Shown: piece after piece, positions 57,165 through 64,000 of the stretch
How the letters are laid out: the number at the start of each line of letters is the position of its first letter
Position numbering within the stretch: the first letter of the stretch is position 1
Virus record (IMG/VR): IMGVR_UViG_3300031953_000004
Span: 1-64,000 of that record
Length of the DNA stretch: 64,000 bases
From: a virus
Lineage: Duplodnaviria > Caudoviricetes
Reading direction: 5' to 3' (one strand)
Made by a program: the position numbers and the translations under genes
Notes under the pieces: model-generated
The model's database searches: none
The model's input: the letters and a program-made list of their open reading frames with translations, nothing else
Told to the model about the DNA's origin: nothing

Positions 57165-58244
57165 TTAATAGTGTTTATTTATAAGGATTTCTAATTCATT
57201 GTAAAGATCTTTGACTTCTTGTGAAGCACCACCTTGTTGTATTCTTGCTAAAAGCTTCTGTTGCTCAAATTTAAGAGTAGTCAATACAGATGTGACCAAA
57301 AGGTTCTTTTCATTCGGTTCAGTCCTTTGAATATCATCAGTATCTAAAGCTGTAGCAGGATCATAAACATTACCAGCCATAGGAGAAACACCAAGCGGTG
57401 GAGCTGGAATGACTTCCTTAGCTTTCTCAGCAGCATAGGCTACCCGCTTCGCTTCGTATTCCTCGAACTTCTGGTCAAGTTTGAATACAGCCCGTTCCTT
57501 CGCTTTGAGAAAGCCTTCCTGAAGTTCTTCAACAGTCGTATCATCCAGAGTAAGAACATCTACACCGGCAATTATGCTGTTCCAGGTTTTCTGTGCGATC
57601 TTAGCCTTTAAAGCTGCCAAGGCATCTTCATTATTATTAAAGATAGCATCATCCACAGCATTGGTAATCTCTTCCTGAATACGCGTATATTTGATCGTAT
57701 TGTAAAGGTTGCTTACCTCGCTCTGTTTCTGCAGGCGTTCAGCTTCTTCATTGGCAGCAGCGATTTGAGCATTCATCGCAGCGTTCTTCTTGTCGAGTGC
57801 TGCCTGTTTGGCTTTCTCCAACTCATCCTCGTACTCCTGAAACTCTTCAAGGATAGTCTCCTTTATCTTATCGGATTCTCCCTTAAAGGTATTCTCCACA
57901 TTCAGGATATCCGACTTCATAGCATTGATAGGATCTTTGATCTCCTTCATCTTGCGTTTCAGTTCTCCGTTAAAAGTCCCTACTTCTTTCTTAACCTCTT
58001 TGTATAACTTTATACACTCCGGGGTGAATTCTAATTCTTCATCGCGTTCCAGCCTCAGCTTAGAGGCTTTCTCCCGTAGTTCTACATATTTCTGAACTAC
58101 TGGTACGAAAATCATAAGTTGTGCTGTAGGGAGCGAGCCTGATAAGACTCGCACTACTTCTACAGCTTCTGTCGGAAGGGCATCGATTTGCTCTTCTGTC
58201 AATACTTGGATCTCTTTGATCTCATTCTTCTTTGTTGTTCCCAT
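57165..58244 (-). CDS. Coiled-coil protein (DUF1351-like)
   Basis: K.KKEV..F..EL....KEIKDP......ILN.E..FK..SDKI. Confidence 0.55.
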   Translation of the reverse strand: MGTTKKNEIKEIQVLTEEQIDALPTEAVEVVRVLSGSLPTAQLMIFVPVVQKYVELREKASKLRLERDEELEFTPECIKLYKEVKKEVGTFNGELKRKMKEIKDPINAMKSDILNVENTFKGESDKIKETILEEFQEYEDELEKAKQAALDKKNAAMNAQIAAANEEAERLQKQSEVSNLYNTIKYTRIQEEITNAVDDAIFNNNEDALAALKAKIAQKTWNSIIAGVDVLTLDDTTVEELQEGFLKAKERAVFKLDQKFEEYEAKRVAYAAEKAKEVIPAPPLGVSPMAGNVYDPATALDTDDIQRTEPNEKNLLVTSVLTTLKFEQQKLLARIQQGGASQEVKDLYNELEILINKHY

Positions 58245-58272
58245 TTGTTTGGTTTTAAGGGGTTAATAATTA

Positions 58273-58428
58273 TTACTCGTTTCCGTAGATTTCAGCTTCC
58301 TCTTGGATGTTGCTGATCTCTACCAGTTCTATTCCTCTTATGTCAAAACCCGTGAGGATCCTCTGGAATATTTCTGTTTTACTGAGGTCGGCATCGACCT
58401 CTAAGGTTACATTAATTTGCTGTGTCAT
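58273..58428 (-). CDS. 51-aa hypothetical protein (not in ORF track)
   Basis: MTQQINVTLEVDADLSKTEIFQRIL...; fills the gap exactly. Confidence 0.6.
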   Translation of the reverse strand: MTQQINVTLEVDADLSKTEIFQRILTGFDIRGIELVEISNIQEEAEIYGNE

Positions 58429-58431
58429 AAT

Positions 58432-58692
58432 TCAATTTGAAATTACTTTAATATAATCCATCGCCTCGCCAACATTGTGGGCAAGGGCTTGCATTGCGGT
58501 TTCCTCTGTGCCAAAAGAGAAATCTTCGAGAGCGTATAATGTATCTCCAATGATTCCCTTTTTAAATACACAGATGGCTGCAGAGAACGAATGTTTCTCA
58601 TCATCAAAAATTGATAAGCTCATCACCCTGTTCGGGTAGTACTCCGCGATCTTCATTGCCACAAGTGGGTCGATTCGTTTCATAACCGTCAT
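58432..58692 (-). CDS. Hypothetical protein
   Basis: Operon packing. Confidence 0.6.
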   Translation of the reverse strand: MTVMKRIDPLVAMKIAEYYPNRVMSLSIFDDEKHSFSAAICVFKKGIIGDTLYALEDFSFGTEETAMQALAHNVGEAMDYIKVISN

Positions 58693-58693
58693 C

Positions 58694-59533
58694 TTACTTA
58701 GTTTTAAGTGATTCCATCAGGATAAAGGCCGAAGCGTATTTCTCCTTCAGATAATCTCCACGATTAAGTTTCATAGATACCAGGTTCCACATCTCGATAA
58801 AGGTGTCGATCCCGTGGAGTATTCCGTACTTATCTGTATACTGCTTAACAGCTCCTATGAATAGTGGTAGGCCACCAGCACCGTTCATCATAACCTTGAA
58901 TTTATTCAAAGCAGAAGGACCAAAGCCTTTTAATCCAGGAATGCAATCTGTGGTATCACCTAAAAGTATCTGGTGGATAAGTATTTCAAAGCCTTCCTCA
59001 TCATCGGTATAGGTAAGCTGCCCGATATCCATCTGATAGTGATATCCTACCACCTGTTTCAGATCCTTGTCGTGAGAGAAGATAAAGGTCTTCTCCCCGT
59101 CCTGTAGCATCGACAAAAGATCATCCGCTTCCAGATCGTCATAGACAAGGATCGGGTACCGCTTTGCTATGAATGATACCACACTGGCCATATCAGTCCA
59201 CTTCCCTTCATAGTCATACGGATCGACCTTGTCTGCCCTTGTGCCTTTGTATTTCTTGCATTGGGCAACGCCGTTCCGGAACACTTGTTTGGAGGGTGCC
59301 GAGAAACAGAAGATGTAGGACTTCGCCTGGAACTTGTTGAATATGTCATTAGAGAGGTATTCATCTAATACGCCCTCTACAAGTGCCTGACTATAGGTTT
59401 CCCCTTCCTGTAATTTCTGAAACACCCTGTACACTACAAGGTGCTTGTAGCGGTCGGCATCTATCAATGCGACCTTATCGTCAAAATATTTCTTTACGTA
59501 GGCCCCTGTGGAGCCTGGTGCTGTAAAACTCAT
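58694..59533 (-). CDS. 5'-3' exonuclease / flap endonuclease
   Basis: LIDAD, EADDLL, SHDKDL.Q, ILLGDTTDCIPGLKGFGP (H3TH); likely start MSFTAP at 59533. Confidence 0.9.
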   Translation of the reverse strand: MSFTAPGSTGAYVKKYFDDKVALIDADRYKHLVVYRVFQKLQEGETYSQALVEGVLDEYLSNDIFNKFQAKSYIFCFSAPSKQVFRNGVAQCKKYKGTRADKVDPYDYEGKWTDMASVVSFIAKRYPILVYDDLEADDLLSMLQDGEKTFIFSHDKDLKQVVGYHYQMDIGQLTYTDDEEGFEILIHQILLGDTTDCIPGLKGFGPSALNKFKVMMNGAGGLPLFIGAVKQYTDKYGILHGIDTFIEMWNLVSMKLNRGDYLKEKYASAFILMESLKTK

Positions 59534-59535
59534 AG

Positions 59536-59679
59536 TTAAGAATTTAAGTATTTGCATTCTCCAAGTTCGATGCATTTCTTCTCATCACAATCCCATTCTT
59601 CAGGATCTAATGGATGATTGCATTTATAGGCTTTACATTTTGGAGTAGCCTCTGTAAACAATGTATTTGCTCTGCTCAT
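59536..59679 (-). CDS. 47-aa Cys-rich protein (not in ORF track)
   Basis: MSRANTLFTEATPKCKAYKCNHP...CDEKKCIELGECKY; stop 2 nt before the exonuclease ATG. Confidence 0.5.
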   Translation of the reverse strand: MSRANTLFTEATPKCKAYKCNHPLDPEEWDCDEKKCIELGECKYLNS

Positions 59680-59716
59680 AATTATCCATTATTATTAATA
59701 TTTATAGTATTCTATT

Positions 59717-59965
59717 TTATGTAACTGTCTTTTTTTCATTTTCTATAGTTTCTGAAAATTTTAATGAGCATTCATCACAACATAGTTTATTCCCTCTGTT
59801 GGTAAATGCTAATCCTATAAAATCACAATCCTTAAACTTTTTTCTGCAAAACCAACATAATTTTTCTTTTCTTATTTTTAAAATGCTTTCAACGTTTGAG
59901 AATGGATGTTTAACGAAATTTATTGTTGTATTAAATGTTGATGTTACTGTTTTAACAAAATTCAT
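59717..59965 (-). CDS. Small Zn-finger protein
   Basis: CWFC...CCDEC; very AT-rich. Confidence 0.55.
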   Translation of the reverse strand: MNFVKTVTSTFNTTINFVKHPFSNVESILKIRKEKLCWFCRKKFKDCDFIGLAFTNRGNKLCCDECSLKFSETIENEKKTVT

Positions 59966-60022
59966 AATTCTAAGTTTATTTGATTTAAAAAAAAATCTAA
60001 TTGCATTGAACCGAAGTTACAT

Positions 60023-60337
60023 TTAGACAGGATAAACTTTGTCTTCTGGAAAACCGCCAGTGTATCTTCCGCACATTCTTTTTGTTACAATCCAATTGTT
60101 TTGTTTTTCAGCTACAACCTCGAACATGCCTTCGTCATTTAAATTATATTTGAATTTATCACCAACTTTCAAGCTGTCTAAACGTGTTACAATACTGTAT
60201 ATAGACAATTTTTCAGCTTGCTCTATTGCATCGCTCAAATGTAATAACAGGTCGTATTTGTTGTTTGGATCTAATTGCCCGTTTTTTATTTCTTCGGCTA
60301 TTAGTAATGCGTTTTTAATTCTTTTTTTTATTTCCAT
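60023..60337 (-). CDS. Hypothetical protein
   Basis: AT-rich ORF following the helicase. Confidence 0.55.
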   Translation of the reverse strand: MEIKKRIKNALLIAEEIKNGQLDPNNKYDLLLHLSDAIEQAEKLSIYSIVTRLDSLKVGDKFKYNLNDEGMFEVVAEKQNNWIVTKRMCGRYTGGFPEDKVYPV

Positions 60338-60339
60338 AG

Positions 60340-61722
60340 TTAAGATTTTAAAAAGTGAACACCGTACTTCGCCCTAGTGATTGCAGTGTATATAGCCTGC
60401 AACTTCCTTTTGGGTGTGAGTGGTCCGGTTTGTAATATGTCATTGATATCTACATATACATCGGAGTATGTAGATCCCTGACTCTTGTAAACACTTGCTG
60501 CATATCCATAGGAATAGTTGCAGAACGTCTTCTTCAAATTCCAGAAGGCTTCCCATAGGAACCTCCGGCTTGAAGGTGCTGCCTTCTTGGCTTTCTGTGA
60601 TAACTCGAATAAGGCGGTCTGATAGATCATCTCCCCCTCGGGGGTAGTAGATATCAGATATTGATTCGGACGGCCTACCAGGTGTGCCCTGTACGCATCA
60701 ATCTTATAAGAGATATCTCCTTGATTGAACCGTACCACGAAGTTCTGTACCTCCCCGATCCTCAGCAATTCTGAATTGAACAGGATATATTCCACCTTAT
60801 CTTCTACCATCTTGTAGAAGTTGTCTTTCATAATGACCACATCCCCAGGTACCAATTTATGGTGTGGGTTTCTAAGTAGGTAATCTCTGATATATGGGTT
60901 CCACTTGTCAATGGTCTTGTTCCGGTAGGCAATAAGCCTTGTGGTCATAATATCCTTCTCTGATATGTGTTTCAGGACATCGTGATACCTCACAAAGCTA
61001 TAGCCAATACCATCAGTCATATTCGGTTTCCTTATCGCATCCAGTACTACCTGTATGTTCTGCTCTCCGAAGATCTGTTCCCGGATGATATCCGATAGTT
61101 CCAGTATGGAGTTCCCTGCAACCTGCCGTACCCTCTCGGTAAGTTCGTGCTTGCAATGGTCAGGGATATCATAACTGAATACAGGGGAATCGGCATCGAC
61201 CTCTACATCAATACCAGCATTAATAGGTGGTAACTGTGCCTTATCTCCAATGAAGATAATCTTGCTGAATATCGGTGCCTTGTTGACCACGATCTCCAAC
61301 ATCTCCTGAGTGAACATAGAAACCTCATCGAACACGAATACAGGGATGCTCATAGTTCCTACCAATGGCCCATCATTGAATGATGCATATGCAAAGCTTC
61401 GCTCTCCTGTCCTCTGGTTGATGACTTCTTCCATTCCATAGGCCTTGGCAAAGGTGAATACGTTGGGAATGAACTCACCCAGCACGTTCTTTGCTGAGTG
61501 AGCCAATGTAATTCCCGCGACGTTCATTCCTGAGAACCCCTGAGCCGTACCGTTCCTGTCTGCTTCTATATGTTCAGCCAACAGGTATTGCAGGACAAAG
61601 GTTTTGCCCACACCGGGTTTTCCCGTCAAAAGGAATATCCGGTCAGAGCCATTTAAAAAGGATTGCATCTTCGGATGCAGTTCAGCTTGACTTTTGGTCA
61701 ATTGAATATCCACGTCGTTCAT
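60340..61722 (-). CDS. SF1B helicase (Dda/RecD-like)
   Basis: GKPGVGKT, FDEVSM, IGDKAQLPPI, LTERVRQ, YAASVYKSQGSTY, YTAITRAK. Confidence 0.93.
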   Translation of the reverse strand: MNDVDIQLTKSQAELHPKMQSFLNGSDRIFLLTGKPGVGKTFVLQYLLAEHIEADRNGTAQGFSGMNVAGITLAHSAKNVLGEFIPNVFTFAKAYGMEEVINQRTGERSFAYASFNDGPLVGTMSIPVFVFDEVSMFTQEMLEIVVNKAPIFSKIIFIGDKAQLPPINAGIDVEVDADSPVFSYDIPDHCKHELTERVRQVAGNSILELSDIIREQIFGEQNIQVVLDAIRKPNMTDGIGYSFVRYHDVLKHISEKDIMTTRLIAYRNKTIDKWNPYIRDYLLRNPHHKLVPGDVVIMKDNFYKMVEDKVEYILFNSELLRIGEVQNFVVRFNQGDISYKIDAYRAHLVGRPNQYLISTTPEGEMIYQTALFELSQKAKKAAPSSRRFLWEAFWNLKKTFCNYSYGYAASVYKSQGSTYSDVYVDINDILQTGPLTPKRKLQAIYTAITRAKYGVHFLKS

Positions 61723-61877
61723 CTATTCTGTTTTGTCGTTTAGCTCTTTGCATAAGGTAACAACCTACGGAGATCACGACTACGGAACGGAACACTTGTT
61801 TCGTCACGTAGCTGGTAGCCCATATCGCTCCAAGCCTTGCTCCCTGAGCAATTAATAAATAAAACATTTAATTGGTT

Positions 61878-62249
61878 TTAAAAGTGAAAGCCAAACGGTG
61901 CTAAGTGCGCCGTGGCCCTGTCTATAAATGAATTAAGATCATCTGCTGTCCACCTGTCAGGTGTTTTAGGTATTCTGCTATTCAACATATCCAAAGGCCA
62001 AAATTGCATTAGCATTGGTTGCATTTCTGAAAAATCATTCCCGAAATGGTCTGCTGCCTTGATAATGAAAGCCCTATATAAGCCTTCCTGGTTCGAGTTA
62101 ATAACCTTAGATTTCACTTCCAGCGTTACAGTTATTATTTCTTCTGAACGTCTATAGTGATCTATAAGCTTATTCCACAACTTAAGTTTAGAAGAATCAG
62201 ACGGAGTTAAATTCTCCGTCTGATCAACTATACATTTAAAGATATGCAT
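61878..62249 (-). CDS. NinB/Orf-like recombination protein
   Basis: NSNQEGLY...I..AADHFG...E...L...T..W...DLNSFIDR. Confidence 0.55.
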   Translation of the reverse strand: MHIFKCIVDQTENLTPSDSSKLKLWNKLIDHYRRSEEIITVTLEVKSKVINSNQEGLYRAFIIKAADHFGNDFSEMQPMLMQFWPLDMLNSRIPKTPDRWTADDLNSFIDRATAHLAPFGFHF

Positions 62250-63340
62250 TAAAATGCAAGTCCATCACCCCCGTGAATGGGATTCCCCTGTGCATCCTTC
62301 TTCCAGTCCGCAAGGGAGTTGTCCACAAGGAGTTCATACGTCCATCCTTTGGCAAGGTAACCATCGATCTGTGATTGCGTTCCCGCAGTCTTCATCAGTA
62401 TCGGGTGGTTATCTCCTGTCGATGCTGGTGCTGGTGGAGGTGTTGCCCATTCCGCAAAACCGGCAGCTGCTACTGGTGGTGCAACAGGTGGAGCCGAGAT
62501 AGGTGCTGCCGGAGGTGCGCTTGGCGCTGGTGCAGCGGGTGGACCTGCAGGTGCCGGAGGGGGAGTAGGCGTTGCCCATTCCGCAAAACCAGCATCCACG
62601 ATCTGCTGATCGCTCCATCCAGAGGCGTTGTATTGTTCCTTGGTGTATGCCTGACCAGGCTTCATCCTGAAAGTCCTACCTGCAGCCGGTGGCGATTGTG
62701 GTGAGCCTGCTGCTCCGGTGTTCTCTGCAGGTTCATTAAAGGCTTTCCCTGTTCTCATAAAGGCTTGTCCCTCGTGGGATTCCTTTAGCATCTTCCTTAT
62801 GAAATGTGGAAGTGTCCGGAAGTTATCGCTCTCGAACCCATCGCTGATGTGAAAGAAATGCAAGGGGTTAATGATATCGACCTTTGGTTCTATAAGATCG
62901 AACATCTTCATATTCCGATTGTCCAGAGGGGCAATGGAAGTGATGTCCATATACTTCTCGTTTTTGGAATGGATGATGCTCGCCACGAACTGCTTTCCAA
63001 GCAAGCTTCCGAAATCAAAAGCATCGGCCTCCTGGTCTGTTAGCTTACGGGCAATCATGTTCTCGACGAAGTCTTTTCTTAATCCTGCATCCTTGTACAT
63101 TGAAAATGTTTTGAACACTTGAATGGCATAAGGTTTTACGCCATCTCCTTCCCAGAACTCTGCCTGTTCCTGTGATGTTTCAAAGCTAAGGCATAACTGT
63201 CTTTTAGGATCGTAATACTTACTATCCTGTGTCCCCAGATCTGCAAGTCCATAAAGGCTTACAAGGTATTGCCCTGGTGCTAAATTAGGCACTTCAATCT
63301 TCTTACTGTTCCCTCCTGCGGGTGCTGTGAAATTTGACAT
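62249..63340 (-). CDS. Single-stranded DNA-binding protein with Pro/Ala-rich repeat tail
   Basis: PGQY.V..YGLADLGTQ...L.LSFE...F.MYKDAGLRK...FDFGSLLGK; acidic/aromatic C-terminus GDGLAF. Confidence 0.7.
   Translation of the reverse strand: MSNFTAPAGGNSKKIEVPNLAPGQYLVSLYGLADLGTQDSKYYDPKRQLCLSFETSQEQAEFWEGDGVKPYAIQVFKTFSMYKDAGLRKDFVENMIARKLTDQEADAFDFGSLLGKQFVASIIHSKNEKYMDITSIAPLDNRNMKMFDLIEPKVDIINPLHFFHISDGFESDNFRTLPHFIRKMLKESHEGQAFMRTGKAFNEPAENTGAAGSPQSPPAAGRTFRMKPGQAYTKEQYNASGWSDQQIVDAGFAEWATPTPPPAPAGPPAAPAPSAPPAAPISAPPVAPPVAAAGFAEWATPPPAPASTGDNHPILMKTAGTQSQIDGYLAKGWTYELLVDNSLADWKKDAQGNPIHGGDGLAF
62442..62590. repeat. 20-bp direct repeat GTTGCCCATTCCGCAAAACC (62442-62461, 62571-62590)
   Basis: Encodes duplicated GFAEWATP in the SSB tail. 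Confidence 0.9.
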
Positions 63341-63352
63341 AGTATTTGTTTT

Positions 63353-63640
63353 TTAGAACCTACGGCCCCTCTCTACCGTAAGGGAGAAGTAACCATAGAT
63401 ATTGATTTTGGTTTTTATTTTGCGAACTGTGTTGATGAGGTAGAAGATGTTGGTGAAGTAACTTACCAGTACATCTCTTACAATAGATTCATCGATATTC
63501 AAATTGATTGCAACCTGAGATACGTGTTCCTTGAAATTGTCTGTGTCAAAGACATTTCCCTGAAGGTATTCTTTAGCCCGTTCCCTCTTTATATTTTTTA
63601 GGTTCCCGGGGAATATGAATTTCTTTTGGATTTTAAACAT
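63353..63640 (-). CDS. Truncated HU/IHF-like protein
   Basis: VSQVAINLNIDESIVRDVLVSYF...INIYGYFSLTV; ends before the DNA-binding arm. Confidence 0.6.
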   Translation of the reverse strand: MFKIQKKFIFPGNLKNIKRERAKEYLQGNVFDTDNFKEHVSQVAINLNIDESIVRDVLVSYFTNIFYLINTVRKIKTKINIYGYFSLTVERGRRF

Positions 63641-63641
63641 C

Positions 63642-63929
63642 TCAATAAACGGTTTTATCCCGTAGTTGCTTTTTAAAGGCAGTAGGCAATGTAGCCTTTA
63701 CCCGGTATCTTCTGGGAATAATCATTTCCTCTTGTGTCTGTGGATTCTTCTTTCTGGTTTCCGGAGAAACCGCTAAGGAGAAACTCACCAGGTCGGTGAT
63801 GTTCACATTGATACCAAACAATAGTTTTTCTTTGACTATCGTAATCATTGTTGTAACAATAGAACGGACGACTTTTATATCCTCGCCCGTCCTGTTTGAA
63901 ACTTCGCTTACTAATTGATTTCTATTCAT
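63642..63929 (-). CDS. HU/IHF family DNA-binding protein
   Basis: MNRNQLVSEVSNRTG...VNITDLVSF...RKKNPQTQEEMIIP...VK. Confidence 0.9.
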   Translation of the reverse strand: MNRNQLVSEVSNRTGEDIKVVRSIVTTMITIVKEKLLFGINVNITDLVSFSLAVSPETRKKNPQTQEEMIIPRRYRVKATLPTAFKKQLRDKTVY

Positions 63930-63949
63930 ACTTTCTCGTTGTTAAGCGA

Positions 63950-63957
63950 TAAATGTA
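63950..63957 (-). promoter_or_regulatory. -7-like promoter element TACATTTA
   Basis: Variant of TAnnTTTG 20 nt before the HU start; the same 8-mer precedes portal (8951-8958). Confidence 0.4.
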
Positions 63958-64000
63958 ATAAACAAAAACAAAATACAAGCTATTTTTATACTATAAATTC

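Noticed and set aside
59987-59995. A-run between - strand genes
   Set aside because: Intergenic AT-rich spacer with no frame-joining consequence apparent
1-64000. CRISPR array, DGR (reverse transcriptase/template repeat), IS elements, integrase
   Set aside because: No regularly spaced repeats, RT, transposase or integrase motifs seen

Overview
The window is part of a Bacteroidetes-infecting crAss-like (Crassvirales-type) phage genome in standard code 11. The + strand (1-53.3 kb) opens with a small non-coding unit of two non-canonical tRNA-like elements. An accessory block follows: GroES-like, GroEL, KTSC, possible nucleotide-sponge anti-defence proteins, a minimal nucleotidyltransferase and a zincin. 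Next is the crAss-type virion block: TerL, portal, acidic scaffold-like protein, major capsid protein, ring/neck proteins, IHF-like protein and tail tubular protein. After it come tail fibres and adhesins (collagen, BACON, crystallin-like), an AT-rich insert with an astacin lipoprotein, a holin-GH19 endolysin-spanin lysis cassette, a muzzle/tail-stabilisation protein and ejection proteins. The block ends in a 3954-aa virion RNA polymerase polyprotein with a DFDGD motif and an embedded HExxH zincin. A bidirectional terminator at ~53.3 kb separates this from a convergent - strand replication/recombination block (PD-(D/E)xK nuclease, clamp-like protein, 5'-3' exonuclease, Dda/RecD-like helicase, NinB-like, SSB, two HU/IHF). 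The most intriguing signals are: (i) the anticodon-defective tRNA-like RNAs with their own promoter and terminator; (ii) two A10 tracts in the ejection module, each followed after 5 nt by a hairpin, where -1 slippage would fuse a zincin onto an ejection protein in one case and truncate the RNAP polyprotein in the other; (iii) an identical CCCCCCTATG start context on terL and holin; (iv) several unannotated, doubly coupled transmembrane micro-ORFs. All family assignments come from motif recognition by eye, without database searches.
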